Shown here: piece by piece, positions 17,995-26,746 of the stretch | How positions within the stretch are numbered: position 1 is the first letter of the stretch | Layout: every line of letters begins with the position of its first letter | Source: a virus | Virus record (IMG/VR): IMGVR_UViG_3300025892_000010 | DNA: 64,000 bases | Reading direction: 5' to 3' (one strand) | Position numbers and translations under genes: made by a program | The notes under the pieces: generated by a model | Database searches by the model: none | What the model was told of the DNA's origin: nothing | The model's input: only the letters and a program-made list of their open reading frames with translations

Positions 17995-18690
17995 TTACTC
18001 TTTAGATGATTGTACTTTTTCTATCTTTGACATCATATTAATAACTCTTTCTGCATAATCAGTTGTTGTAGAAAATGCTTTTAAAGTTTTAATAAGTTTT
18101 AGAGAGTCTAACTTTTGGTTTTTTGCCCACATAGTTGCTCTCATATTTCTAAAGTCTTCATAAGCTGGGTGCTCATTAAGTAATCTTATATATTCTTTTA
18201 CAGAATCACATTTAGTTTCAAACACTCTTACACCCCAACCTGGCCATTCATTCATACCCTCTGGTAATAAATGTTTAGCAGTTGATTTGAACACTCTAAT
18301 ACCAAATAGATTGTTTGCCTCTTTAGCAAATCTTGATTTACCCCAACCTGATTCTAATACTGCCTGACCTACTAACATTTCAATAGGCACTCTCTTATCA
18401 ACAGGTGTTGTAAAGTTTAGATAATCAACACAATAACCTAGTTCTTTAATAAACTCTTTATTGTTTTTATATCTCATCTTCTTTGATACTAAACCTAGAC
18501 TTTGTGCCCAAGCAGTATGTTCTTTTCTCAAATTTTCGTTAGCCCATTTGGTAGCAATAGGATTAGGATAAAATGTACCGACACCATATACAATTGCTAA
18601 TAATAAAATAGACCACAATGTTCTTTTAGTCCACATCCAAACTTTAGAGTATGGAAAATCTTTTATTTCTTTTTTTATTTTTTTTACCAT
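17995..18690 (-). CDS. GH73 glucosaminidase (Bax-like) with N-terminal TM
   Basis: GQAVLESGWGKSRFAKEANNLFGI, SVKEYIRLLN.HPAY, FSTTTDY. Confidence 0.85.
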   Translation of the reverse strand: MVKKIKKEIKDFPYSKVWMWTKRTLWSILLLAIVYGVGTFYPNPIATKWANENLRKEHTAWAQSLGLVSKKMRYKNNKEFIKELGYCVDYLNFTTPVDKRVPIEMLVGQAVLESGWGKSRFAKEANNLFGIRVFKSTAKHLLPEGMNEWPGWGVRVFETKCDSVKEYIRLLNEHPAYEDFRNMRATMWAKNQKLDSLKLIKTLKAFSTTTDYAERVINMMSKIEKVQSSKE

Positions 18691-18691
18691 A

Positions 18692-19012
18692 TTACCTCTT
18701 CATTACAATGTATTCAAAACCTGTGATAGAGTGTGCTTCTTGTTCGCCATACTCTGACCACGTACCAACTTCAATAGGTTTCATACGTTTTTGTGTGAAG
18801 ACAATATTAGGATTATTATCCATAATCTTTTTCATCTTCTTAAATATTTTTTCTGATTGTTTTTCTGTAAAGTTATTAGCAACATCTGTTGACCAATTAC
18901 CAGTATAGTAAGTCATTTTCTTCTCACTATTGGCCTCAAATTGTTCTAACTTGATTGGTACGTTATTGATAATATGTTTTAGATGGTGGTCTAGTTCTTT
19001 CGTCTTTCTCAT
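18692..19012 (-). CDS. hypothetical protein
   Basis: ORF with GAGG RBS. Confidence 0.6.
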   Translation of the reverse strand: MRKTKELDHHLKHIINNVPIKLEQFEANSEKKMTYYTGNWSTDVANNFTEKQSEKIFKKMKKIMDNNPNIVFTQKRMKPIEVGTWSEYGEQEAHSITGFEYIVMKR

Positions 19013-19039
19013 TATATAGTCCTCTCACTTTGACGTTGA

Positions 19040-19456
19040 TTATAAACCAAGACCAAGGGTCTTGGCTTTCTTTTCAAAAGACCAGAATATAGCATTATGA
19101 TTTCCTGTGTCTCCCAAATTCTGCATTTGATATAGGTGTACCATTTCGTGGCACAACGTATCAAGGAAGTATTGAAAGCTTGGATACTTTGGTAACATTT
19201 CAAGATGGTATCTTCTAGTACCTTTTCTCTTCCACTCCAATATGTTAACTTGACCGACACATTTTTGTCTAGCCAAATTTTTGATTTCAACTTCGTTAAA
19301 CGGTGATAATAGTCCGTCAAACATTCCCTCGTTGATGTAATTAAAATATTGTTTGATTGCCTTATAGGTAGTTTTATATTGTCTAGCGCCAGAGGCATTT
19401 AATCCTCTTTTGATAAATTTTTTGACTTTGAGTTTTTTACTTGTAAGTTTTGGCAT
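19040..19456 (-). CDS. SprT-like zinc metalloprotease
   Basis: FNYINEGMFDG.L, TLCHEMVH, H...F. Confidence 0.8.
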   Translation of the reverse strand: MPKLTSKKLKVKKFIKRGLNASGARQYKTTYKAIKQYFNYINEGMFDGLLSPFNEVEIKNLARQKCVGQVNILEWKRKGTRRYHLEMLPKYPSFQYFLDTLCHEMVHLYQMQNLGDTGNHNAIFWSFEKKAKTLGLGL

Positions 19457-19459
19457 TTT

Positions 19460-19777
19460 TTATTTACATTCATAGGAGCCTCCTTCAAGTAATTTACACT
19501 TATATACCTTGTCTGCGTTTTGTCTCATTTCTGAAGCAATACCCTCTAGTATATTAGGTAAATGTTTTTGCACAATAAAAGTCATTTCAGTTGCAAAACT
19601 ATAAACCAGTTTTTGCATTTCGGCTTCAAGAACCGAAGTGTCAACGTTATTACCTTGCACTTTTTGAGTAATAATATGACCTATCACCGCTGTATTGTAC
19701 TCATTCGCTTGTACTGATTTTTGTAAGGCCGTAAGACCAAACCACAAAATCGCTAAAGCAAATATCAATTTTTTCAT
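19460..19777 (-). CDS. exported hypothetical protein
   Basis: Signal peptide ending VQA; GGAG RBS. Confidence 0.65.
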   Translation of the reverse strand: MKKLIFALAILWFGLTALQKSVQANEYNTAVIGHIITQKVQGNNVDTSVLEAEMQKLVYSFATEMTFIVQKHLPNILEGIASEMRQNADKVYKCKLLEGGSYECK

Positions 19778-19796
19778 AATGTAATCTCCTATATTA

Positions 19797-19850
19797 TATT
19801 TATAGGTATACTATACACCACCGGTGCTATAAAGTCAAGCACTTTTTTTA
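19797..19850 (-). promoter_or_regulatory. tandem sigma70 promoter (A-tract, TTGACT...TAGTAT) and late promoter TATAAATA
   Basis: AAAAAAAAGTGCTTGACT upstream; TATAAATA at 19797-19804. Confidence 0.65.
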
Positions 19851-19891
19851 AAAAAAAGCAAGAAAAATCAGTATTTTTTGTGAAATTTGTT

Positions 19892-20434
19892 CTATTTTTG
19901 TTCTGGTTTATAGAATTCATCATTCCAACCAAAAGCTTCTTTCACTACCGATTCGCTTAAACCTTTGTAAACCTTATTCAGTTTCTTATCTTTCATATTC
20001 AATAAGACCTCTGCTTCTGATTTATGAAGACCCTCTAATATTTGAATAAACATTGTCTCTTTTTGTGTCTTTGTAGTTTCGGCGTCAGCGCCTTCCACAA
20101 AATGCCACAATCTTTTAGACTCTTGACTCAACATTGTATGCTCAGTACCAAGAGGTGCTTCGTTAGCTATGAAAGGTGGTGTACCTGATGGTAATGACCA
20201 CTTGATTTTAGGGTCAAATGAACCTTTTAAAATCATTCTTAAGCCGTCTGAATTATACTCTTGTAATACTTTAATCTTCTTTGTTTTATCTTTAGCGTTA
20301 TTAACTTTAGTTAGAATTTCAGCAATCGTTGGTTCAGCTGAGCTGACCATACCTTGACCAGCATCCATTGACGCTTTAGGCATAATACCTAATTTTGATT
20401 GATGTTCCATAATTTGTTTATCGTTTTCTGCCAT
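19892..20434 (-). CDS. conserved T4-like hypothetical protein (DUF6433-like)
   Basis: IAEIL.KV, FDP...LP.G.PPF, KETMFIQILEGLH..EA, KDKKL...YKGL. Confidence 0.7.
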   Translation of the reverse strand: MAENDKQIMEHQSKLGIMPKASMDAGQGMVSSAEPTIAEILTKVNNAKDKTKKIKVLQEYNSDGLRMILKGSFDPKIKWSLPSGTPPFIANEAPLGTEHTMLSQESKRLWHFVEGADAETTKTQKETMFIQILEGLHKSEAEVLLNMKDKKLNKVYKGLSESVVKEAFGWNDEFYKPEQK

Positions 20435-20455
20435 AATTTTCTCCAATTCGTAATA

Positions 20456-20677
20456 CTATTTATACTGCCCCAAATACTTCTTTTTGTACCACTTATAAAA
20501 TGTCTTGTCTGTAAATATCTCTGCAACCTCACTTGCTGGTACTTGGTCACTTCTTATACAATCAGCTAGAGATTGATACTCATATGTATCCACTTTTCTG
20601 GTCATTTTTTTACCTTTACTTGCCTCTGCTAATGTCATTACAAACCTATCATTCTTTTCTTTAATATTTTCTGACAA
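20456..20677 (-). CDS. hypothetical protein
   Basis: YQSLADCIRSDQVP...FYKWYKKKY. Confidence 0.6.
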   Translation of the reverse strand: MSENIKEKNDRFVMTLAEASKGKKMTRKVDTYEYQSLADCIRSDQVPASEVAEIFTDKTFYKWYKKKYLGQYK

Positions 20678-20894
20678 TGTGTTTTCTCAACGCTCTAGTC
20701 AATTCTTCTATCTTATCTATAACAGAAATCAAACTAGGGTCAGTTATATATTTACCAGATTCTTTAGCCTGGTCTCTTAAATCATTATATTCTTTTAATG
20801 ATACTCTCACCATAGGACTTAAATCTGCACTTGCTTCGTTTTCCCAAGTCTTATCCGTTTCGTGTGTATCGTTATCAGTTTCGTTAGTTACCAT
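20661..20894 (-). CDS. hypothetical protein
   Basis: 77-aa ORF in operon. Confidence 0.6.
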   Translation of the reverse strand: MVTNETDNDTHETDKTWENEASADLSPMVRVSLKEYNDLRDQAKESGKYITDPSLISVIDKIEELTRALRKHIVRKY

Positions 20895-20912
20895 AAAACC
20901 CTTTTTGTTACC

Positions 20913-20945
20913 AAAAGAAAGGGGCCACCGAAGTGGCCCACCTTC
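20913..20945 (-). terminator. intrinsic terminator with UUCG loop
   Basis: GGGCCAC-TTCG-GTGGCCC followed by CTTTCTTTT. Confidence 0.85.
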
Positions 20946-20955
20946 ACTCGTTTAA

Positions 20956-21261
20956 TTATGCCGAGTAAGCTACTTGCTTACCGAATACTTTATTGATACC
21001 AGCAATAATAATTGCTTTTGATGGTGTACCAACTCTGTATGAAACGCCTTTTGAAGACCTATTTTCATAAATCATCATTCCTTCGTTTCTTAATTTACCA
21101 ACCATTGCAGCTGGTGATTTAAGGTCGTAAGTGTTTCTCAATTGTTTCCAAGAAACATCTGAACCTTTTGAGAAAAGATTTCTAATCTTTTCAGTTTTAG
21201 TTAGCTTTTTATTAGCCATAGTTTTATCTCCTTTAAAGATATTATTGATAAAGTTAAACAT
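20956..21261 (-). CDS. winged-HTH DNA-binding protein
   Basis: TKTEKIRNLF..G..V...QLR...LKSPAAMVGKLRNEG..IY....YRVG; alternative start at 21219. Confidence 0.6.
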   Translation of the reverse strand: MFNFINNIFKGDKTMANKKLTKTEKIRNLFSKGSDVSWKQLRNTYDLKSPAAMVGKLRNEGMMIYENRSSKGVSYRVGTPSKAIIIAGINKVFGKQVAYSA

Positions 21262-21351
21262 TATTGTTTACCTTTCCTTTCTCTTTGTGTTATGGTCACA
21301 ACACCATTCAGAGTACACAGCGAATATATATTGTGTGCCCTCCAGAATTCT

Positions 21352-21819
21352 TTAATCAAGGTCAATATCGGGGTCAAACATATCACCACCGTCCCTTAAA
21401 TAGTCTAATTCTTTTTTTACATCTTTAGAAAACGGATTAGTTGCCGGTTTTGGTTTTTCTAAAAACATATCGTAAGTTATCTTGGCAGTTCTAAAGTTAC
21501 CATCTTTGTTAACTTTTAACGATACCATTTTCTCACTTAATAATTGAGCCGGGTGTGCCATATCAAAATCTCTATATGCAAGACCACGTATTGCGTCTAT
21601 TACTATCGCAAGGTCTTTTGTAAATGTGTGATTTTGTGTTCTCATACCAGCGTCAACAAATTTCTTTAATAAGTCAAATCCTATTTCATCAACTAAAGTC
21701 TCAACAAAGTCTTTAGTTTGTTTCTTTTTTAATTCCTCTGCAAACTTCGTATCTTGTTCTTGTCTAACTTCTCTCTTACGTTTATGCTCTGGAAAGAATA
21801 TGATATTATCATTCGGCAA
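21352..21819 (-). CDS. hypothetical protein
   Basis: N-terminal DNIIFFP; HPAQ motif. Confidence 0.6.
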   Translation of the reverse strand: MPNDNIIFFPEHKRKREVRQEQDTKFAEELKKKQTKDFVETLVDEIGFDLLKKFVDAGMRTQNHTFTKDLAIVIDAIRGLAYRDFDMAHPAQLLSEKMVSLKVNKDGNFRTAKITYDMFLEKPKPATNPFSKDVKKELDYLRDGGDMFDPDIDLD

Positions 21820-22081
21820 TTATTTCTCCCTTGAAATTCACTTTGTTTTGTTTTTCAAAATACTCAACTAACTGATTATAACCACCAATTAACTCACCAT
21901 CTATTTTAATTTGAGGCATTGCTCTAACATTTTTACCAATGTCCTCAATTAGTTTACTAGGGTCACCACCAAAATCTTTCTCTAGTGATTTCTCTTCATA
22001 TTCCAGACCAAGGCCTTTTATCAAGGCCTTTGCCTTTGAGCAATAAACACAATTGTTTTTACTATAAATTGTTATCGTCAT
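21809..22081 (-). CDS. nrdC: glutaredoxin (NrdC-like)
   Basis: IYSKNNCVYC, AMPQI.IDGELIGGY. Confidence 0.9.
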   Translation of the reverse strand: MTITIYSKNNCVYCSKAKALIKGLGLEYEEKSLEKDFGGDPSKLIEDIGKNVRAMPQIKIDGELIGGYNQLVEYFEKQNKVNFKGEIIAE

Positions 22082-22691
22082 TTTGTTTACCATCTTTTTC
22101 CAACATACTAGACCAAGCTTCTTTTGCTTTTTCTTTTATGTTATGAGCGTCAACAGCTTGTTCAATAGTGTAGTTATACATCTTATTGTACTCACCTAAT
22201 GGCAATCTTAAACCAATCCAAGCTCTGTAATAACCCTCTTTAGTTAAAGTGACATCTTGTTTCCAGATTTCATAACCTCTAACTTTGGTATTTTTGATTA
22301 CATTAATCAAAGTAGATTCTACCTCTGATACGGTAGTCTTCGTATTGGTTTTGCCAAGTTCAGTAATAAACTGCTTAGACTCTTTATTCATTTCACCTGC
22401 TACTACGTCAGCAATTTCTGACTTCGCATACATTTTAGCTTTCTCTATCGCTAATTGTAAGTCTGGTGAAACACTAGTAGCAACACCGAATAAACAAAGT
22501 TTATCTTTGCCTTTACCAATTAAATCAGTATCACAGGCTTTTCTTTCAGAATAGTCTGCCATATACCAACTTGGTACTTTATTCATTGTCTTACCATTTT
22601 CAGACTTGATTTTGTAAGTACCACCAGCACAAGCATTTAATAACAATGCCGTAGCAAGTACACCTACTATTTTTAGTTTGTTTTTCATCAT
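22062..22691 (-). CDS. LPP20-like lipoprotein
   Basis: LNA-C lipobox, VPSWY, S.DLQLAIEKA...AK.EIA. Confidence 0.7.
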   Translation of the reverse strand: MMKNKLKIVGVLATALLLNACAGGTYKIKSENGKTMNKVPSWYMADYSERKACDTDLIGKGKDKLCLFGVATSVSPDLQLAIEKAKMYAKSEIADVVAGEMNKESKQFITELGKTNTKTTVSEVESTLINVIKNTKVRGYEIWKQDVTLTKEGYYRAWIGLRLPLGEYNKMYNYTIEQAVDAHNIKEKAKEAWSSMLEKDGKQNDDNNL

Positions 22692-22831
22692 AAGTTTTTA
22701 CTCTCCTTTACATCATATAACAAATCTTGTACAAAGTCAAGCGTGGTTTGAACGTATCCTAACGCCTGGTCACTTGATACATCATATATTATAACTAAAG
22801 CAAGGGAAAGTATGATTAAGTTTCTAATCAT
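22688..22831 (-). CDS. small membrane protein containing an internal sigma70 promoter
   Basis: MIRNLIILSLALVIIYDVSSDQ...; internal TTGACT-17-TATGAT. Confidence 0.55.
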   Translation of the reverse strand: MIRNLIILSLALVIIYDVSSDQALGYVQTTLDFVQDLLYDVKESKNL

Positions 22832-23226
22832 TGAACGACCTCCCATTTTCCGTCTGGTTGAAGACACAACTTCCCATATGATTTAAAAGCGTGTCCTTGT
22901 CGGCTATAATACCGACAATATTGAGGCATTTTGGTAGTATTGAAGTAGTAAAATTGAGCAAACAAGTCCCAATAACCGAGACCGTCTTGTCTTCTTTTAC
23001 CATCAGCACATTCCATCACCTCTTCTTTTATTATTTCATCACCTTTTTGTTTGATGATTACTTTAATAAAGCAGTATTGCCCTCCTGTTTCTTCAGGATT
23101 GATAGGCAAAATCTTTGCGTAATAATTCTCATCTTTAGCATTAGCTATACCAGTAATTAGTAAAAATACTATTAATATAAATGACCAAGTCAAATATCTT
23201 TTTATTTTATTATCGGGGTCAAACAT
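22828..23226 (-). CDS. exported Cys-containing protein
   Basis: TM/signal; C-terminal CRYY...CLQPDGKW resembles the end of the 23577 protein. Confidence 0.6.
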   Translation of the reverse strand: MFDPDNKIKRYLTWSFILIVFLLITGIANAKDENYYAKILPINPEETGGQYCFIKVIIKQKGDEIIKEEVMECADGKRRQDGLGYWDLFAQFYYFNTTKMPQYCRYYSRQGHAFKSYGKLCLQPDGKWEVVQ

Positions 23227-23377
23227 TTGCTACACCTAATTTCTTTAAACTATCATTTACTTCATAAAGTTTATCTTCTATCTCTTGTATTTTAGAAGAT
23301 GGTCCATTAAACTCATAAAGTTCTAATTCTTCTTTTAGTTCTTGTTTTTCTTTTTTAAGAATTTCTATTGTACTCAT
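23219..23377 (-). CDS. small coiled-coil protein
   Basis: MSTIEILKKEKQELKEELELYEF...; ATGA coupling. Confidence 0.55.
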   Translation of the reverse strand: MSTIEILKKEKQELKEELELYEFNGPSSKIQEIEDKLYEVNDSLKKLGVANV

Positions 23378-23577
23378 TTTACACTCTTTTTATTTTGTTC
23401 TAAATTGTTTACAAATACTCTTATCAACCTTGATACATCTACCTCTTGCTCTTTAAGAGTTTTTGGATTTTTAAATAAAACTTTACTATCATTTACTTTT
23501 AAAACGTGTTGACCATCTACAATCACAGCTTCGTCTGTGTTTTTTCGCCAATCGTGTGAGCTATATTCTTTTGACAT
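23374..23577 (-). CDS. hypothetical protein
   Basis: MSKEYSSHDWRK...; TAATG coupling. Confidence 0.6.
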   Translation of the reverse strand: MSKEYSSHDWRKNTDEAVIVDGQHVLKVNDSKVLFKNPKTLKEQEVDVSRLIRVFVNNLEQNKKSVK

Positions 23578-24080
23578 TAGTTTAACCTCGGTTTTTCTAT
23601 CCATTGACCATCTGGTAACTGACAAGCAGTACCAAATACAACTTTTCTATTAACACCACCAATACCAATCAACGGCCAACTATTAGTAATATCAACCGTG
23701 TGGTCATACTCTGTACATTTTAATGGCCCCTGTGTATATGATTTTGTTGTATGAATTATACCAGAATTACCAGTTTTAGAATTGTACCAATTTGTATAAC
23801 TTGCACCGTTTGGCGCCGTGTTTAAATGGTCTACAAATACTGCGTTATGTACATCTTTGTCTGAATTGTAAAGTAGTTCAGCACCTGTAAATGCACCAAC
23901 AACGGCACAACCAGCAACAGCATAAGGGTCTGTAATACCAGACTCTACACATAATGCTGTGGTAGAACCACCACCTGAAATAGCACCTAAATGTGTTCTA
24001 TTTACGGTACTACAATTTGTCAACGTCAAGACCATTATAATCATAATGGTTGTCTTTTTCAATAGTTTTTTCATAATCAT
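23577..24080 (-). CDS. 17-kDa surface antigen-like lipoprotein (glycine zipper; RT0821/Lpp0805-like)
   Basis: LTN-C lipobox, Gly zipper, WYNSKTGNSG, C.EY, GTACQLPDGQW. Confidence 0.75.
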   Translation of the reverse strand: MIMKKLLKKTTIMIIMVLTLTNCSTVNRTHLGAISGGGSTTALCVESGITDPYAVAGCAVVGAFTGAELLYNSDKDVHNAVFVDHLNTAPNGASYTNWYNSKTGNSGIIHTTKSYTQGPLKCTEYDHTVDITNSWPLIGIGGVNRKVVFGTACQLPDGQWIEKPRLN

Positions 24081-24258
24081 TTATATTCTCAAAAAATTCA
24101 GAGTCAACTTTAGTTTTAGCAACTAATAATGAATCTGCTTGTATAACTTCAATCTTGTTTCTAATTAATGGGTCAGATGGCGAAGTCTCTCTCAAATTAT
24201 CCGCCATCTTCTTTATAGAATCAATCTTATCACAAAAAGATTTAATATTCTGTACCAT
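24010..24258 (-). CDS. hypothetical protein
   Basis: Coupled ORF. Confidence 0.55.
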   Translation of the reverse strand: MVQNIKSFCDKIDSIKKMADNLRETSPSDPLIRNKIEVIQADSLLVAKTKVDSEFFENINDYEKTIEKDNHYDYNGLDVDKL

Positions 24259-24626
24259 TAGTTTTTAACAAAAAGATTAGTTATCTTTTCCTTTGTACTG
24301 ATAAATTGTGCTTTCATATCAGCCCAAGACTCTGCTTGGTATTCTTTTGTTTTCTGCCATTCACTCTGAGCAAAGTCTTTTGCTTTCCCAGGTACAGCAA
24401 CAACCGTTTCTACAAACTCCTGTGGAGTTATTGTAGTCACTTCATCAGCTTTCGCTTTATTAAGTTCTAAAGATACAATTACAAACGCAGCTATGACTAC
24501 CATACCCCACATTGCAACTTTCTCCCAAACTTTTTTTATCACTTTATCCACGATTTCCTCTATCTGTTGGTTTGTTAAATAATTAGACACCGACACCCTC
24601 ATTAGCTCTTTTTTCCATAAGTTCAA
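24258..24626 (-). CDS. hypothetical membrane protein
   Basis: Central TM; EWQKTKEYQ. Confidence 0.6.
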   Translation of the reverse strand: MNLWKKELMRVSVSNYLTNQQIEEIVDKVIKKVWEKVAMWGMVVIAAFVIVSLELNKAKADEVTTITPQEFVETVVAVPGKAKDFAQSEWQKTKEYQAESWADMKAQFISTKEKITNLFVKN

Positions 24627-24924
24627 TCTCGGAGATTCTCATTTTTTCAGCATATGACATACCAAAAACTTTGTTATAAAAATAGTCTAGTGGACTAACT
24701 GATTGATAAGCGAGCAATAAGTTATCAAACTTTATATCTAAACTATCATAATATTCGGGGTGTTTATTTTTAAGTTCTATATGGTCTTTACAGAATTGTA
24801 TTCTATTTGTGTAATAATCATTCAACTTGTCAAACATAGATTTCTTCTTACTCAATTTGACATCTTTATCTTTTGCATTTTTAAACTCTGCAAATAGAGT
24901 TTCTTTTTCATACTTAAACGACAT
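24583..24924 (-). CDS. hypothetical early protein
   Basis: GGAGG RBS downstream of a promoter. Confidence 0.65.
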   Translation of the reverse strand: MSFKYEKETLFAEFKNAKDKDVKLSKKKSMFDKLNDYYTNRIQFCKDHIELKNKHPEYYDSLDIKFDNLLLAYQSVSPLDYFYNKVFGMSYAEKMRISEIELMEKRANEGVGV

Positions 24925-24963
24925 ACTATATAACCTCCCAAGGTTGTTTATTAATATTCACTT

Positions 24964-24992
24964 ACTATACCAGAAAACTCTCTAAATGTCAA
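24964..24992 (-). promoter_or_regulatory. sigma70-type promoter
   Basis: TTGACA-17-TATAGT. Confidence 0.75.
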
Positions 24993-25006
24993 GCCCCTAA
25001 TAAATG

Positions 25007-25080
25007 ACGTAATTACACGCTTTTTGTGCATATTTAAGCGTCTAGGACGCACCTGGATTGACGAATCAACCATATTACGT
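25007..25080 (-). ncRNA. candidate structured RNA (four-way junction)
   Basis: ACGTAAT/ATTACGT closing stem, GGTTGA-TTCG-TCAATC, GCGTC-CTA-GACGC and a weaker third arm. Confidence 0.35.
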
Positions 25081-25081
25081 A

Positions 25082-25300
25082 CTACCGTACCCCCTCTGGA
25101 AAGGGTAAGTTTATCTGTTCTTCAACCTGGACGTGTTCATCTTTATGTTCTTCTTCTAACCACGCCTCAAAGTTCTTGACTTCTTTTTCTTTATAGGCAA
25201 CAACTTCGTCAATCAATTTGATTGCACCAGGGGTGTCACCACTCACCAATTTTGCTTTGACTTTTTTAAGGTCATCAATCATAGCTAATATTTCATTCAT
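25082..25300 (-). CDS. hypothetical protein
   Basis: Coupled ORF. Confidence 0.6.
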   Translation of the reverse strand: MNEILAMIDDLKKVKAKLVSGDTPGAIKLIDEVVAYKEKEVKNFEAWLEEEHKDEHVQVEEQINLPFPEGVR

Positions 25301-25650
25301 TAGACTTTCCTTCCTGCTGTTTTCAGGTCTTTTCTATTCACCACCATATATGGTCCTTTGTTATATGCCGGCACGATTGTAAAATTCTTTGACTCTTCTA
25401 TCTTCCAACTATTATCAGTTTTGATACCATTACCTATAACATTTGATAATTTAGGTTGTGGGTGTATATCTGATAAGTCAGTTGTGGGGTAATAGCCGTT
25501 ATCATTGGTATTATAACTAGACTTGATAATATGTCCGTCATCACCAACGTTGAGACCTAGTGACCTCATCCATTTGATATGCTTTTTTAAAGCAATAAGA
25601 TATAATTCTTGTTTATTTAAGTTTCTTTTTGGCATTAGATTCATCTTCAC
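25300..25650 (-). CDS. conserved hypothetical protein
   Basis: C-terminal TIVPAYNKGPYMVV..D.KTAG. Confidence 0.65.
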   Translation of the reverse strand: MKMNLMPKRNLNKQELYLIALKKHIKWMRSLGLNVGDDGHIIKSSYNTNDNGYYPTTDLSDIHPQPKLSNVIGNGIKTDNSWKIEESKNFTIVPAYNKGPYMVVNRKDLKTAGRKV

Positions 25651-25894
25651 TTGACATTAATAAAACAATATAATGGACAGCCTTTAATAAGTCTTTTCTA
25701 TTACGACCATCTTTCTTACCAAACCTTGCAAGATATTTAATTGCATTGGCTTGACAAAAATCTTTGTCTATACCACACGACCTTAATAGGTCTTGTACTT
25801 GTACGCCCTCTTTAACTTGAGCATAGTGTTGGCCATACGTTGATTGTATGTATGTACCTATTTCTTTTAGTATTTTATCTTCATTGTATTTCAT
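25613..25894 (-). CDS. DUF3310-like protein
   Basis: KYNEDKIL.E...YI.STY.QHY, FCQANAIKYLARFGKK.G.N..DLLKA.HY. Confidence 0.75.
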   Translation of the reverse strand: MKYNEDKILKEIGTYIQSTYGQHYAQVKEGVQVQDLLRSCGIDKDFCQANAIKYLARFGKKDGRNRKDLLKAVHYIVLLMSSEDESNAKKKLK

Positions 25895-26130
25895 TATATA
25901 ACACTCCTTGCATAATCATATGCTGTTTCTTCGGCTTCATCATCTGTTGACACAAACTCATCTGATTGTAGATAATCGCCTTCATCTTCTCTATCATCAT
26001 AATAAACTTCGTAAAGATTTTTACCATCTTTACCGTCTTCAAGTTTTCTCCAATAACCAATCTTGTTATCATCTTCATCAAATATATCTTTATCAGCTTC
26101 TGAGCCTCTGAATTCATTAATAGTAATCAT
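25894..26130 (-). CDS. acidic hypothetical protein
   Basis: Coupled ORF, very D/E-rich. Confidence 0.6.
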   Translation of the reverse strand: MITINEFRGSEADKDIFDEDDNKIGYWRKLEDGKDGKNLYEVYYDDREDEGDYLQSDEFVSTDDEAEETAYDYARSVI

Positions 26131-26345
26131 TAAATACCTAGTGCCTTTATAACATCTTCCTCTGTTTTTGGCAAGCTTTTACCAGATTGTAACCAATCTA
26201 CCATTTGTTCAAAGTTAAATGCTTCGTCTGTTTTGCCTTCTTTTTCTAACACCTGTTGTGCTATCTTAAAAAACTTTAAGGTACCCATTTCATTGGTCAT
26301 ACCATCAGGTTTGCTTTGATAATTACCTTTTCTTTGATTTGACAT
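26130..26345 (-). CDS. hypothetical protein
   Basis: GGAG RBS. Confidence 0.6.
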   Translation of the reverse strand: MSNQRKGNYQSKPDGMTNEMGTLKFFKIAQQVLEKEGKTDEAFNFEQMVDWLQSGKSLPKTEEDVIKALGI

Positions 26346-26589
26346 ATTTACTCCTATATTTAAATTCTGGTAAATGGTTTAAATTAGCGTGGCTACCATT
26401 CTTATCACAGGCATAGGCTAACGTAGCACTATGTTCTTTTATTGTTTTAGCAAATAACTCTTTGGCCTCATCATACGTCTTAACAATGGTCTTTGTGGTC
26501 TTATTCAAAGGACGCCACTCAACAATAGAATACTCTATCGCATTGTCAATTATATTTTGTTCCCAAGGATTAGCAAGTGTCATCATCAT
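26323..26589 (-). CDS. hypothetical protein
   Basis: ORF in early operon. Confidence 0.55.
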   Translation of the reverse strand: MMMTLANPWEQNIIDNAIEYSIVEWRPLNKTTKTIVKTYDEAKELFAKTIKEHSATLAYACDKNGSHANLNHLPEFKYRSKYVKSKKR

Positions 26590-26746
26590 ACTCTTTAATT
26601 GATTTATCTAATTGTTTCATATATCTTTTACTTCTTTTTAACATTTTATTAGTAATCTTTTTCATATCATTAACTAGAAATAAACAATATACTAATCCAG
26701 CCAAAATGGCAAGTGATAAAAATAACATTATATATTCATTCATCAT
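26570..26746 (-). CDS. small single-TM protein
   Basis: MMNEYIMLFLSLAILAGLVYCLFLVNDMKK...; TAATG coupling. Confidence 0.55.
   Translation of the reverse strand: MMNEYIMLFLSLAILAGLVYCLFLVNDMKKITNKMLKRSKRYMKQLDKSIKEYDDDTC

Noticed and set aside
19012-19398. 128-aa alternative-frame ORF over the SprT-like gene (similarly 25881-26117, 34676-34960, 38351-38716)
   Set aside because: Overlaps a motif-supported gene in another frame and has no independent features
20956-20980. ssrA-like C-terminal degrons (VAYSA here; TNAA at 49283; NAMA at 3685)
   Set aside because: Too short and degenerate to distinguish from chance
25007-25080. Amber-suppressor tRNA (CTA in the central loop)
   Set aside because: Loop is only 3 nt, with no TTC T-loop, no D-loop GG and no CCA; kept only as a generic structured element
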